Shown one piece after another: positions 52,399 through 63,563 of a stretch of 64,000 nt of DNA. Position 1 is the stretch's first letter; each line of letters starts with the position of its first letter. The DNA is from Trichormus sp. ATA11-4-KO1 (GTDB lineage Bacteria > Cyanobacteriota > Cyanobacteriia > Cyanobacteriales > Nostocaceae): assembly GCA_019358915.1 (NCBI GenBank), contig JAHHIM010000002.1, positions 32,001 through 96,000 of the forward strand, written 5' to 3'. A program made the translations under genes and the position numbers. The notes under the pieces were generated by a model. It searched no databases and was not told where the DNA came from. It saw only the letters and a program-made list of their open reading frames with translations.

Positions 52399-53118
52399 AT
52401 GGCTTCTGGTTTAAAATCTTCAACACTGGAACTCCTAAAGCGCTTTAATCGAGCCTTTCCCCAGTTTTATGAGCAATTTGTTAGCAGTGAGATTCAACTG
52501 CAAAATTTGCGGCTAGCCTACCGTCTTTATAAAACCAAACGCGCCGTTATAGAATTGAAGTCGGAAGGTAGCAAAAGTGCCCTGCATTTTGCCTACCGCA
52601 ACCAGTCATTTCTTCTCAGTGATATTTTTGGTGTGTTGGCGGCTTATGGGCTAACCATCCACGGTCTCAGCCTGTATGGTCAGATTAGGCCGCCGATGTT
52701 AGTTTTTATCAAACTGCTGGTATCTCGCGGCAGTAAAGCCTTAACTGAGAAAACGGCAGAAAATGTCTGCCGCGCCATTCGTGAAGCTCTAGGAGGGCGG
52801 TTTGAGGTAGAAGAAATGCTGGCAGTAGAATTTAACCTGGATACTGGCTTGGAACAAGTACAGACTGAGTTTTATGTCGATCCGGTATTTCATCTGCCTG
52901 CCCTGGTGATTGAAGCCGATAATCAACCAGGGTTATTTTACAAAGTAATGTATGCCATCTGGCAGGAAGACCTGTTAGTAGTCAATGCCAATTTGTTGGT
53001 TTGGCGCGGACGTACACGGTTGATTCTCTACTTGTTGGGGCCGAATGAAAGCCTCATTCCTGAATATCTGGGACACAAAATTGCTGAAGGGGTACGGTTA
53101 AGGTTGTTGAGTAGATGA
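52399..53118 (+). CDS. Conserved hypothetical protein with probable tandem ACT domains
   Basis: RNQSFLLSDIFGVLAAYGLTI and ADNQPGLFYKVMYAI…LLVVNA resemble ACT DRPGLL motifs. Confidence 0.65.
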   Translation: MASGLKSSTLELLKRFNRAFPQFYEQFVSSEIQLQNLRLAYRLYKTKRAVIELKSEGSKSALHFAYRNQSFLLSDIFGVLAAYGLTIHGLSLYGQIRPPMLVFIKLLVSRGSKALTEKTAENVCRAIREALGGRFEVEEMLAVEFNLDTGLEQVQTEFYVDPVFHLPALVIEADNQPGLFYKVMYAIWQEDLLVVNANLLVWRGRTRLILYLLGPNESLIPEYLGHKIAEGVRLRLLSR

Positions 53119-53206
53119 AGACAAAAAATTTTTAATTTTTAATTTTTAATTGTTTGGCGCTACTCCGTATTTAGTCGCACCCACTCTTAGGGGTACGATA
53201 TTAAGT

Positions 53207-54124
53207 ATGGCAACCATTGAAATCTTGGGCGTTCCACACGCATACGAGCTAACGGCTCCCACCTCATGTACCCACGCTTTAGTGTTTATCCACGGTTGGC
53301 TCAATAGCCGTGGATATTGGCAACCTGTAATCTCCCGCTTATCAGTTGATTTGCAGTGCCTGTCTTATGATTTGCGAGGTTTTGGGGAGTCTCAGTCCCT
53401 GCCAGATGCCGATTACAGTCAGGCACAGACTTCTGTGAACTTGGCTACTAATACTGCTAACTCTATTGATGAGTTTAGTTTGTCCTTTGATTCTCTTTAT
53501 ACGCCAGCTGTTTATGCTCAGGATTTAGCAGCCCTTCTGCGACAGCTAAATATTAGTAGTGCTTGGCTGATTGGGCATTCTTTGGGGGGTACGATCGCTC
53601 TTTGGGCAGCTGCTCAGATGCCTGAGTGTGTCAAGGGAGTGATCTGTATCAATGCAGGCGGTGGGATTTATCTCAAAGAAGCCTTTGAACAGTTTCGTTC
53701 GGCGGGGCAAAGATTTTTGCAAGTCCGTCCGCGCTGGCTGTCTCAACTACCCTTGATTGATTTGCTATTTACCAGAGCGAGTGTGGCCCGTCCTTTGGAT
53801 CGATATTGGGCACGTCAGCGAGTGATTGATTTCGTTGTGGCTGACCCAGAAGCAGCACTGGGAACACTGCTAGACTCTACAACCGAGGAAGAAATCAACC
53901 GTTTACCCCAGTTAGTATCTCAACTGAAGCAGCCTGTTTATTTTTTGGCTGGTACCGACGACAAGGTTATGGAACCCAAGTATGTTCGCCATTTAGCCAG
54001 TTTCCATCGGCTTTTTCAATACAGTGGCGACAATGTAATTGAAATTCCTGATTGTGGTCACTTGGCAATGTTAGAGCAGCCAGATGTAGTTGCTAGTCAT
54101 ATTCGGTCAATAGTTAGCAATTAG
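53207..54124 (+). CDS. Alpha/beta hydrolase
   Basis: FIHGW, DLRGFG, GHSLGG nucleophile elbow and CGH. Confidence 0.9.
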   Translation: MATIEILGVPHAYELTAPTSCTHALVFIHGWLNSRGYWQPVISRLSVDLQCLSYDLRGFGESQSLPDADYSQAQTSVNLATNTANSIDEFSLSFDSLYTPAVYAQDLAALLRQLNISSAWLIGHSLGGTIALWAAAQMPECVKGVICINAGGGIYLKEAFEQFRSAGQRFLQVRPRWLSQLPLIDLLFTRASVARPLDRYWARQRVIDFVVADPEAALGTLLDSTTEEEINRLPQLVSQLKQPVYFLAGTDDKVMEPKYVRHLASFHRLFQYSGDNVIEIPDCGHLAMLEQPDVVASHIRSIVSN

Positions 54125-54197
54125 GTAAGGAGCGAGAGCAGGGGAGCAGGGGATAAATAATAATTCCTGACTCAGCACTGGGAAAAGCACTCACCAC

Positions 54198-55238
54198 TTA
54201 GCTATACAACTTCATTACCTGTGTCAGAGGTAACCTAGACTCAACTCCTAAAGTCAGAGGGGATGTATGACCAAGGGATAGGTGATTAGAGGCGGCGCAG
54301 GCAATCATGGCGGCGTTATCGGTACAGTATTTTAGGGGTGGGAACAAAACACGCAAGTTACGCTCAGCAGCAGCAGCTTGCAGGATTTTTCTCAAGCTAC
54401 TGTTAGCAGCTACTCCTCCCCCAACGGCAATAGTGTTGAGATGATAATCGAGGGCACAAGCGATCGCTCTTTTGGTTAGCGATCGCGCTACAGTTTCCTG
54501 AAAGCTAGCGGCTAAATCAGCTACTGGCACTTGTCCATGCTCTTTCTCTAACTGCTGCACTAACCGCAGTACCGCCGTCTTTAACCCGCTAAAACTGCCA
54601 TCGTAGGGATGATATCCTCCACCCGGTAAAGAAACTTTGCCTTCTGGCAAGGTGAAGGCGTGGGGATTACCTGTTTGTGCTAGTTGATCAATCACAGGCC
54701 CGCCAGGGTAGCCCAGCTTTAACAATCGCGCCACCTTATCAAAGGCTTCACCTGCGGCATCATCACGAGTTTCCCCTAGAGTTTCGTAAATACCACAATC
54801 CTTTACGTAAATCAAGCTTGTATGTCCACCGGAAACGAGTAAGCTAAGAAATGGGGGATCTAAAGTTGGCTCACTCAAATAAGTCGCACAAATGTGGCCT
54901 TCTAGGTGATGAACACCCAAAAAAGGTTTGTTGTGTATGATTGCTAAAGTTTTAGCAGCAGTTAATCCTACCAATAGCGCTCCTACTAGACCTGGGGCGC
55001 AGGTGGCAGCGATACCATCAATTTGCTCCCAGTTGAATTGGGCTTGTGCCATTGCTTGAGCGATCGCCTCATTGATCGTTTCCAAATGCTGGCGAGATGC
55101 TACCTCTGGCACCACTCCACCATACTGGCGATGCACTGGAATTTGGGAAGACACAATACTGCTATAAACTTCACGATTGTTCACAATTGCGACGGCAGTT
55201 TCATCGCAGCTCGTTTCTATTGCTAAAACAGTTGCCAT
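54198..55238 (-). CDS. tsaD: tRNA N6-threonylcarbamoyladenosine transferase
   Basis: [20 protein letters not shown] and DNAAMI motifs. Confidence 0.96.
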   Translation of the reverse strand: MATVLAIETSCDETAVAIVNNREVYSSIVSSQIPVHRQYGGVVPEVASRQHLETINEAIAQAMAQAQFNWEQIDGIAATCAPGLVGALLVGLTAAKTLAIIHNKPFLGVHHLEGHICATYLSEPTLDPPFLSLLVSGGHTSLIYVKDCGIYETLGETRDDAAGEAFDKVARLLKLGYPGGPVIDQLAQTGNPHAFTLPEGKVSLPGGGYHPYDGSFSGLKTAVLRLVQQLEKEHGQVPVADLAASFQETVARSLTKRAIACALDYHLNTIAVGGGVAANSSLRKILQAAAAERNLRVLFPPLKYCTDNAAMIACAASNHLSLGHTSPLTLGVESRLPLTQVMKLYS

Positions 55239-55414
55239 TTTTGGGTTGCGCTAAGTAACGATTTGTTGGAGAAGCTTTAACTTTTATTTACTTAAACTTT
55301 ACTCGGTTCCCGCCCAAGAGTATGATGACTTGCTAGTTATGCAAATAAAGACTGTACAAGCCGCTTCGTTTTGTACAAAAAACTTTTTGTTTTGTAATAA
55401 AAGGAAACAACTCC

Positions 55415-55909
55415 ATGAGACGATTGTTTGCTTTGATTTTAGCGATTTGTCTTTGGTCCAATTTTGCCCCCCCAGCACAAGCGCTTGGGGCTAATCTTGT
55501 ACCCTGTAAAGACTCTCCCGCCTTTCAAGAGCTAGCAAAAAATGCCCGTAACACCACTGCTGATCCCGAATCAGGGAAAAAGCGGTTTGAGCGTTATTCC
55601 CAAGCACTGTGTGGTCCTGAAGGTTACCCTCACTTAATTGTTGATGGTCGCCTGGATCGCGCCGGTGACTTCCTGATTCCTAGCATTCTTTTCTTGTATA
55701 TTGCTGGTTGGATTGGTTGGGTAGGTCGTGCCTACCTGCAAGCAATCAAAAAGGCATCAGACACCGAACAAAAAGAAATCCAAATCGATCTTGGTTTGGC
55801 ACTACCCATCATCACCACAGGCTTTGCTTGGCCTGCGGCAGCGCTTAAAGAACTCCTTTCAGGCGAATTAACCGCTAAAGATTCAGAAATCACTGTTTCT
55901 CCTCGCTAA
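55415..55909 (+). CDS. psaF: Photosystem I subunit III
   Basis: [24 protein letters not shown] and ITVSPR. Confidence 0.97.
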   Translation: MRRLFALILAICLWSNFAPPAQALGANLVPCKDSPAFQELAKNARNTTADPESGKKRFERYSQALCGPEGYPHLIVDGRLDRAGDFLIPSILFLYIAGWIGWVGRAYLQAIKKASDTEQKEIQIDLGLALPIITTGFAWPAAALKELLSGELTAKDSEITVSPR

Positions 55910-55948
55910 TTCAGCCTAACTCATTCATTTGTTTTGGAGACTAAATTT

Positions 55949-56098
55949 ATGGCAGACAAAAGCGACCAATCGTCGTATTTAGTTACATTTCTTTCCACTG
56001 CACCAGTGGCAGCTACTATCTGGCTGACAATCACAGCCGGGATTTTGATTGAATTCAACCGCTTTTTTCCTGACTTACTTTTCCACCCACTTCCATAA
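55949..56098 (+). CDS. psaJ: Photosystem I subunit IX (49 aa; not in the ORF track)
   Basis: [43 protein letters not shown]. Confidence 0.96.
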   Translation: MADKSDQSSYLVTFLSTAPVAATIWLTITAGILIEFNRFFPDLLFHPLP

Positions 56099-56350
56099 GT
56101 GGAAAATGCAATTTCATGCCTAAAATTGAGTGGTTATTTGACTTTGCCTATTTAGGTTAAAGTATTAATCAAATAGGCATAAAACATATTTTTTGAAACT
56201 CGTAATGCTATAAATAGCTTGCGAGTTTCATACTTTTAAAAGCAGGTAAATTAATTTTTCTAAACTTCCCAGTCAAAAAACATCTTTAGCTACAATTGTT
56301 ATTAATAATATAAAGATGTCACCATTCTAATTTAGAGGCGAACATAAAAT

Positions 56351-56872
56351 ATGGCGCAAGCAGTAGATTCATCAAAAAATCTCCCCAGCGATCCGCGAAA
56401 TCGGGAAGTTGTGGCTCCAGCAGGACGCGACCCCCAACAAGGTAACCTAGAAACTCCGGTTAATTCTTCTCCCTTAGTCAAGTGGTTCATTAACAACTTA
56501 CCCGCATATCGCCAGGGTCTTAATCCTTCCAGACGGGGGCTAGAAGTAGGCATGGCACATGGTTACTTGCTATTTGGCCCCTTCGCCAAATTAGGCCCAC
56601 TGCGGAATGCTGATAATGCTAATTTAGCCGGGTTGCTAGCAGCCATCGGCTTGGTTGTGATTCTCACTGCCTGCCTGTCCCTATATGCCAATAGCAATCC
56701 TGCCAAAGCACTTGCTAGTGTTACCGTACCCAACCCACCAGCAGACGCTTTTAACTCCAAAGAAAGCTGGAATAATTTTGCCAGTGCTTTCTTAATTGGT
56801 GGTATTGGTGGTGCAGTAGTTGCTTATTTCTTGACTACCAATTTGGGACTAATTCAAGGTCTAGTAGGTTAA
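56351..56872 (+). CDS. psaL: Photosystem I subunit XI
   Basis: GNLETPVNSS, NLPAYR and GLEVGMAHGY motifs. Confidence 0.97.
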   Translation: MAQAVDSSKNLPSDPRNREVVAPAGRDPQQGNLETPVNSSPLVKWFINNLPAYRQGLNPSRRGLEVGMAHGYLLFGPFAKLGPLRNADNANLAGLLAAIGLVVILTACLSLYANSNPAKALASVTVPNPPADAFNSKESWNNFASAFLIGGIGGAVVAYFLTTNLGLIQGLVG

Positions 56873-57080
56873 TTGAATTTTTGGCTAATTGGGCATAGGG
56901 CATTGGTAATTGCTGATTGTTAATTATTTTTACTATTACCCATGCCCCATGCCCTATGTGCTATTGAGCATTACCAAGTTATTTGATGAAAATATACAAA
57001 AAAAGTAAAGATTTTTGCTTTTTTTGCGTGTTCCTTGGTGTTTGATGTTAAAAATGCTTGGTATGTCTCAAGAGTCTCAA

Positions 57081-57680
57081 CTATCCAAACAAAGTCACCT
57101 CAATCGCATTGAGGGCAGTTTCTAAATCGTCATTGATGATTTGAACATCAAATTCTTCTGCGGCTTGAATTTCTTCTTGGGCACGGCAAAGACGACGAGC
57201 GATCGCCTCTTCAGAGTCTTGGCCGCGACCACGTATCCGCTTTTCCAATTCATCAAGAGAAGGCGGTAAAATAAAAATGCTGAGAGCGCTAGGGAAGGAA
57301 GAGCGGATTTGCCTTGCCCCTTTTAGCTCAATTTCTAACACCACCAACTTGCCAGATCGAACTTGGTTAAGCACAGCTTCACGGGGGGTGCCGTAATAGT
57401 TACCAGCAAATTCTGCCCACTCTAAGAATTCACCTTGAGCAACTAATTGTTCAAACTTACTGCGACTAATAAAATAGTAATTTTTGCCGTTGATTTCTCC
57501 TGGACGGGGAGAACGAGTCGTCACGGATACAGAATAATACAGTTCCGGATGACGTTTTAATAGCGCTTGCATTAAAGTGCCTTTACCAACCCCACTAGGG
57601 CCAGTTAAAACAATCAGCCTACCTGGAGACGGGCATTCTTTGGTATTAGCACTACTCTGGGTGGGTAAAACTTGCATCAT
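57081..57680 (-). CDS. gmk: Guanylate kinase
   Basis: [18 protein letters not shown] and NYYGT motifs. Confidence 0.95.
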   Translation of the reverse strand: MMQVLPTQSSANTKECPSPGRLIVLTGPSGVGKGTLMQALLKRHPELYYSVSVTTRSPRPGEINGKNYYFISRSKFEQLVAQGEFLEWAEFAGNYYGTPREAVLNQVRSGKLVVLEIELKGARQIRSSFPSALSIFILPPSLDELEKRIRGRGQDSEEAIARRLCRAQEEIQAAEEFDVQIINDDLETALNAIEVTLFG

Positions 57681-57857
57681 CCGTTTAACCTGTGAATTAA
57701 TCAATAGACATTATTTATTTAGCCGTTAGCTTTATTTTCGTTATCAGAGAAACCTTTGACGAACGAATTTGTAGCACTGGTGACAGAAAACTTGTCTAAT
57801 TCACATGGTACTGCCGATGTGGTGCAAATAGGGTATGGTTATTGACCTATACCTATA

Positions 57858-58127
57858 TTAATTATCTGCAACATGATGATGATCACGGGAAATCACGAAG
57901 CGATTTGCTACCGTTTCTGGTTGAATCGCTGAAAGAATTACGTGGCTGGAATCAGTGATAATTACAGCCCTAGTCCGACGACCGTAAGTTGCATCAACTA
58001 GCTGACCTCTGTCCCGCGCATCAGTAATAATCCGTTTAATCGGGGCAGACTCTGGACTAACAATGGCAACTACTCGGTTGGCAGACACAATGTTGCCAAA
58101 ACCGATGTTGATTAATTGTATTTCCAT
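57858..58127 (-). CDS. remA: RemA/DUF370 family protein
   Basis: [28 protein letters not shown]…DATYGRRTR. Confidence 0.9.
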   Translation of the reverse strand: MEIQLINIGFGNIVSANRVVAIVSPESAPIKRIITDARDRGQLVDATYGRRTRAVIITDSSHVILSAIQPETVANRFVISRDHHHVADN

Positions 58128-58550
58128 AAAAAAACTAACACCAAATATGGTGTGACGAGAAGCGGTAAAGGTATTTATTCCCATGTTATCCCCAAAAAAT
58201 TGGAGTTACAACGCTTCACGTCTAGCCTGCCTTTGTTTTTAATTAGCAAATGCTTTCTTTAGCTGTTTATTGGCTAAATCTACTTAAAATCTTCCCAAAG
58301 ACACATGTCAAACCATACAAATACAATCTAATTAAAGGACAGCAATTCATCCCCTTGTTATCAGTAACTAATATTTTCATAAGTGATTACTTCTGCTGGT
58401 TGATTATGTGACTCATCCCAGAGGCGGCAAAGATGGTTATGTTTTAGAGACTATTCTAATCTCTTACTCTCTGCGCCTTTGCGCCTCTGCGTGAGGTAAA
58501 TTCATCCCATTAATCAGCAACGCCTTCTGATTCGGTGATCAAGTATTGAA

Positions 58551-60854
58551 TTATTTAGCGGTCTTCTTCAATTCTTGCCATCTTTGTCGCAGTCGATTCA
58601 AGTTAGGTGTATGACCACCATAACGCCAGCCCACATAAGCTTGACAAATTTCATCTATTAGCTGAGCCGTTGCTGGGGCATGATGCTGGTGTGATACTTT
58701 GGCATACTCTAGAGGTGTTTGGGCTGGATGTTTACTCAGACCTTTGACTGCTGCCCATTCCAGCATTTGCTGATACAGACTTTCCATCGGGGGCAATTTT
58801 TTCAACCAACGCCGCTTCAGCCATTCTTGCCACTGTCCCCAACCTAGCCAACCCAGAAAGGCCGTTGTTATTGCCAAGATTAAGCCAGTCAACACACCCA
58901 ACCAACCTTGAGAAAATAAAGCTAAAAACCAAGCGATCGCTCTGGTTAACCAGCTAAATATGATCCTAAATACATTATTTAGCAAACCTGTGACCGGCGA
59001 AGGTAACCACCCAGCTACCCATTGCCAAAACTGCCGGAGAACACTAAAAGTTTGAATATCCTCAATGGAAGGAGGAATCAAAGGATGATTGGGAATCGGG
59101 TCAAAAGCGAACCAGCCATATCTAGGGAAATACACTTCTGTCATCGCATAAGCATCTGTGTTGCGAACAACGTACATCCCTGTAAATGGATTAAACTGTC
59201 CCGCACTAAAACCAGCTACTAACCGCGCGGGGATGCCAATGGAACGCAGCATTACCGTCAGCACTGTCGAGAAGTGGTCTGGATAGCCGCCTTTATGCTT
59301 GAACAAAAAAGCTTCTACCAAGTCTTCTTCTGCACTCAAGTAAGGCAGTCCTAAAGGATTTTCGGGAATAGAGTAGTTTTGCTTGAGGTACTGAGCTAGA
59401 TATAACGCTTGTTCGTAAGGTGAATCTAAGGTTTTCGCAGACTGTGCTATCCGTTCTTGATTGTAGTTAGCGAGGATTTCTTGAGTGCGTTGCCGGACTT
59501 TTTCGCTAATTTCTGGAGGAACTTGTAAATAATAATTTTGAATATTGGGTGGATACTTAGTTGCAGCTTGTCCTAACAAAGTGCGATCGCGGTACGGTAC
59601 TTCCGAAACGACGGTATAGGTCAGACCTTCTGATAATCCCACAGGCGATCGCAAACCATTTTCCCGGTCAACAGCAATGATTGGTGTGGGATAATAAATT
59701 TCTTTAGGATGAGACAAAGCGGGAATCAGGTTAGGCAAATCCGACACCACTGTGTACGTTTGGACAATTTCTCTAGTGCGACCAGTAAAGATAGGTAACA
59801 ACAGGCGAATTTGATAAGACCAAGGCGATCGCCTGTGGGTGGTAACTTCCTCGTGGCGCGAAATCTCCCATCCTTTGCCGGTGTAGCGGTCAAATGCCAG
59901 CACCCGCCAAAAGCCCTCAATCTGCGATCGCACCCGCATAACTACTTTGGGGGTCATTTCTCCTCGCAGGTTTTGGTTAATTTGGCTATTAAAACCGTAA
60001 TAAAAGCTTTTATCTAAACTGCCTGGTTGACCTGCTTGGCTTTGTCCATTACCACTGCTACCGTTACCTTGATTATTCGCCTTGCCTTCGCGGACATAAC
60101 CAGGATTCACAATGCTACGACCTGTAAAATTATCCTGGACATTAATTGGGGCACTTACAGGAAAATTCCGCAGCTGATAGCCAGGGAAGCGTGGTAAAAC
60201 TGCAAAAATTGTCAGTCCTAGCCCGACAACCAGCAAAAAATTTAAAATTAAAAATTTAAAATTTAAAATTGCAGAATTTTGCTTAATTTTTAATTGTCGC
60301 AGTTCGAGTTGTGAGCGGTAGTTTAGTGCTAAAGTCGGCAAGGCGATCGCTAAAAATAACAGCAGCACTGGTGCAAAAGCTAGAGTTTGACTGAGTGTTG
60401 CTGCTACACCTAATAAAATCAATCCGATAACTATGGAATAGCCCAAGTCTTTACGCCGGGGCATATCAAAGCTATGCAGTACTTGCAGTTGAATTAATAA
60501 CTCTGCCAACGCTAACCGCGTATCATTCAATTCACCCAGCAATTGCCCAAAGAAAGCACCCAGTGCTATTAACATTCCCACAGCGATGCAAAACTTCACT
60601 GGAACATTGGTACTGCGGCGATGATAGTAACTCCAACCCACACCAACTATACTCAATGGCACCGCCCACAGACTAAATCCAGTCGCGGCAGCAATATCAG
60701 TTGCGACAACTCCCACGATGACTAACGCTAGTACTAGCACCCTTAAGGAAATTCCATCTTCCACTTCCATCGATGGCGATCTTTGGACATTTTGTCGCCA
60801 GTAACGGCCTACAGATAGAAGCCAAAACTGATTGATCCTGGATAAGTTAAACAT
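58551..60854 (-). CDS. TgpA-like transglutaminase-domain membrane protein (DUF3488/DUF4129)
   Basis: N-terminal TMs; LRSIGIPARLVAGF, EVYFPRYGWFAFDP and QTPLEYA motifs. Confidence 0.85.
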   Translation of the reverse strand: MFNLSRINQFWLLSVGRYWRQNVQRSPSMEVEDGISLRVLVLALVIVGVVATDIAAATGFSLWAVPLSIVGVGWSYYHRRSTNVPVKFCIAVGMLIALGAFFGQLLGELNDTRLALAELLIQLQVLHSFDMPRRKDLGYSIVIGLILLGVAATLSQTLAFAPVLLLFLAIALPTLALNYRSQLELRQLKIKQNSAILNFKFLILNFLLVVGLGLTIFAVLPRFPGYQLRNFPVSAPINVQDNFTGRSIVNPGYVREGKANNQGNGSSGNGQSQAGQPGSLDKSFYYGFNSQINQNLRGEMTPKVVMRVRSQIEGFWRVLAFDRYTGKGWEISRHEEVTTHRRSPWSYQIRLLLPIFTGRTREIVQTYTVVSDLPNLIPALSHPKEIYYPTPIIAVDRENGLRSPVGLSEGLTYTVVSEVPYRDRTLLGQAATKYPPNIQNYYLQVPPEISEKVRQRTQEILANYNQERIAQSAKTLDSPYEQALYLAQYLKQNYSIPENPLGLPYLSAEEDLVEAFLFKHKGGYPDHFSTVLTVMLRSIGIPARLVAGFSAGQFNPFTGMYVVRNTDAYAMTEVYFPRYGWFAFDPIPNHPLIPPSIEDIQTFSVLRQFWQWVAGWLPSPVTGLLNNVFRIIFSWLTRAIAWFLALFSQGWLGVLTGLILAITTAFLGWLGWGQWQEWLKRRWLKKLPPMESLYQQMLEWAAVKGLSKHPAQTPLEYAKVSHQHHAPATAQLIDEICQAYVGWRYGGHTPNLNRLRQRWQELKKTAK

Positions 60855-61037
60855 TGAGACTGTCAGCAAAGGGATGTTGTAGATGCCATAAACACAATGT
60901 TAAGGATGTAAACTGACTACCTTGCGCGCTCATTGACATTTTTCACGCGAATTCCTCTCAAGAAAACAGGAACTCCCCGAAGGTAGCCTTTGGGAGTTTT
61001 AGCATCTTATACATGTGTCATTTTTACTGTGGTTAAC

Positions 61038-61097
61038 GTAGAAGCCCTAATGACCGCTTGTTAAAAAGTAGAAGCCCTAATGACCTGTTGCTAAAAA
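61038..61097. repeat. 30-bp tandem duplication
   Basis: GTAGAAGCCCTAATGACCgcttgtTAAAAA followed by GTAGAAGCCCTAATGACCtgttgcTAAAAA. Confidence 0.85.
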
Positions 61098-61166
61098 CGG
61101 ATAAGGTTCAAAGCTACGATCATCATTTGATCTATCGGTGGATCAACCTCAAATTGGTCATTGCAG

Positions 61167-62147
61167 CTATATCGTGGGACTAATCACAAACAACAACGGC
61201 TGTTCGTCTAGCTCTGGAAACTCCACTTCCAGAGTATAAGTTGGGTTAACTTGATTGCAGTATAACTCAACACTCAAATCTCCCGGACTTGAAGACTTTG
61301 CCACTGCTTGATTGCCATTACCTTGCAGTTTCAAAATGCCTTGAGCGGGTAACTCACTCTGAACACGCAAATGTGTCATCTGACCCTGAGACTGATATTC
61401 TACCCTCAGCGTCAGCGTTCCTGAGCTAGTTAACCATTGTCTTTCTACCACTGGGTTGGTTGATGACACTGGTAAATTCAAATTATCTAGCAGTTGTTTC
61501 GCTGCCAGTAGTGATAATGCCATCTGTTGACGTGGTTGTAAATCTGAGTAATCGCTCTGGATCTGAGGCATTGCATTCAAAGTATCCACAGACCTATAGG
61601 TGCTTCTCAACACCAATCCAGCTAAATCATTGATGGTCTGGGAATCGTTGGGAAAAAAGCCTTCCACCACCTGAACTAATTTTGCCCCTAGAGGTAGTGA
61701 AGATGTGATCAACCCTTGACATTTTTCCAATAATTCTTGGAAAACTTTCTCTGGTAGGGGAATGGGCAGATTCAGCTTAGACTGCTGTGCCATCCATCCC
61801 CAACTGGGAGTTAAGGCTAGCGATCGCTCTTCCACACAATCTGGGTACTCTACTAATTGTGTCTCCCAAGGAAATAGAGGAGGGTGGTTTTCGACTTGAA
61901 TTTGTAACCGACGCTTGAGGACGGCTTGGAAACGTTCTTGCACAGTAGGAATTTCTCCCAATTGAAAGGTTTGGGGTATTCCTCCCAATTCTGGCTCGCC
62001 GCCTGTAAAGGCGGCTACTTCCTTGAGAGGGTGATTTTCCCCTTTGATGTCCTCACACTCTACCAATTTAGTCTCGTTGGTGTTAGCTTTATGTGCCAAC
62101 AACCAATCGAGTAAATCGTGTTGTAAGGATTCTGAGTCACTATTCAT
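61167..62147 (-). CDS. patU: PatU heterocyst pattern protein (single uninterrupted ORF)
   Basis: GEIPTVQERFQAVLKRRLQ…PPLFPWE; overlaps the hetZ stop by 8 nt. Confidence 0.8.
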   Translation of the reverse strand: MNSDSESLQHDLLDWLLAHKANTNETKLVECEDIKGENHPLKEVAAFTGGEPELGGIPQTFQLGEIPTVQERFQAVLKRRLQIQVENHPPLFPWETQLVEYPDCVEERSLALTPSWGWMAQQSKLNLPIPLPEKVFQELLEKCQGLITSSLPLGAKLVQVVEGFFPNDSQTINDLAGLVLRSTYRSVDTLNAMPQIQSDYSDLQPRQQMALSLLAAKQLLDNLNLPVSSTNPVVERQWLTSSGTLTLRVEYQSQGQMTHLRVQSELPAQGILKLQGNGNQAVAKSSSPGDLSVELYCNQVNPTYTLEVEFPELDEQPLLFVISPTI

Positions 62148-63360
62148 GAGTAGATGCACCTGATCCGGACACTAAGGAGTTACGAATTTCCCATGCTTGT
62201 TCCAGAATCTTAAACCAGCGTTTTTGTAGTTGTGCTGTGGACAACCCTAAAGTTTTGGCAATTTTTTCATCTGGTTGTCCCTGTTGTTTCAATTCCAGTA
62301 ACGACCGTTGTTGATCATCTAACTGAGCTGTATAATCTTGCCATTGCTGGGGAGTTAAACCCAAATTAGTATGCAGTGAAGCTTCCAACCACTCATGAAC
62401 TAATTCCCAACGGTGTAATAAGGCAAACCGAATTAGATGATATTTAAAGCGTTGCTGTAAGTAGTCTCTCTGCCGGGGAGTTAAACCCAAAATCGACTCA
62501 ATTTCCTGTGTTGATAAATCCTGGAGGCGGAGGGAAAAATAATCTGCACAGTCAGATTGTTGCCGTTGTTCCAGGTAATCCATTAATTCCGTAATCACAA
62601 CAGAACGGAGAGTATCTTCTTCAGGTTCTGGTTCTGGTTGCATTGCCATTGCTGAACGCAACTGTTGTACTGCTGGTTCTTCCCAAGAACCATCAGCCTC
62701 ATTAGAGCTGCCTTCTGCGGCTTGTTCTATATCTACGCTGGTTTCCTGCGGTTGCTGTTGCGAAAAAGTTTGTGCCCGCAGGATAATCAGCTGTTGCTGA
62801 CGTCCTGGTAAGGGTATACGCCGCTTGCCATAACGTTCAGTGAATGCCATATACTCTGCTAATTCCAACAGAGTTTGGGGACGATAGGTGGGCCCCATTT
62901 GGTTTTCCCGTCGGAAAGCATTTAAAGCCTCCAGATAAAAACCCTGGAGAAAATCTTCAATAATGGTCAGCCGTCCTTGATAGCTCAACTGCCTTTGAGG
63001 AGGATTAATGTAGCGATAAATAATTGCACTGAGAGTACTGTGTAACTCTACCCTACCCCGGCTGGAACCTAACTGATAGTACCGAAGACACTGTTGTAGC
63101 CGATGTCTGGCTAGGGACATAGCCGAGCTTTCCACAGCACCGGAAGCTTGAATTCGTTTACTTTCGTTGCAAATCCGGTATACTTCGGTGGTAATTCGTC
63201 TTGCTACATCATGGCAATTCTGTTTTGCAGCTTTGGTTGACTCCTGAAGCTCCTGGCATAGGAGTTGAAATGTCCCCTCCACGCCAATAGAATTTTCTCC
63301 CTGAACTGTTGGGGTGGGAACTGTTGTGTTTGGAATTGTTGCGGTTGCGGCTGAATTCAT
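62140..63360 (-). CDS. hetZ: Heterocyst differentiation protein HetZ
   Basis: YYQLGSSRGRVELHSTL, ELAEYMAFTERY and LGLTPRQRDYLQQRF with a sigma-like C-terminal HTH; upstream of patU. Confidence 0.85.
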   Translation of the reverse strand: MNSAATATIPNTTVPTPTVQGENSIGVEGTFQLLCQELQESTKAAKQNCHDVARRITTEVYRICNESKRIQASGAVESSAMSLARHRLQQCLRYYQLGSSRGRVELHSTLSAIIYRYINPPQRQLSYQGRLTIIEDFLQGFYLEALNAFRRENQMGPTYRPQTLLELAEYMAFTERYGKRRIPLPGRQQQLIILRAQTFSQQQPQETSVDIEQAAEGSSNEADGSWEEPAVQQLRSAMAMQPEPEPEEDTLRSVVITELMDYLEQRQQSDCADYFSLRLQDLSTQEIESILGLTPRQRDYLQQRFKYHLIRFALLHRWELVHEWLEASLHTNLGLTPQQWQDYTAQLDDQQRSLLELKQQGQPDEKIAKTLGLSTAQLQKRWFKILEQAWEIRNSLVSGSGASTHE

Positions 63361-63563
63361 AGTCTCGGTTTTCAAAAGACCCTAAAATACTTAAATACAA
63401 CCTGTACGACCGTGGGTATTGGCTTTTGGGATTTGCGTATAAGCTAAACGCAGGACAATCCAGCATTTAGGATGTGACTACTTTTATTGTTCCCAACTTT
63501 GATGGGATTGTTCACACTTGATAGATGTTTTTGCCATTACCCAGGAGCCGTTAACAAGTCATT

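Noticed and set aside
61038..61097. Possible mini-CRISPR array
   Set aside because: Only two units, a 12-nt near-identical 'spacer', and no cas genes
62164..62169. DIF1 motif TCCGGA near the patU start
   Set aside because: Encodes Ser-Gly in hetZ and lies only ~17 nt from the patU ATG, too close to be a -35 element
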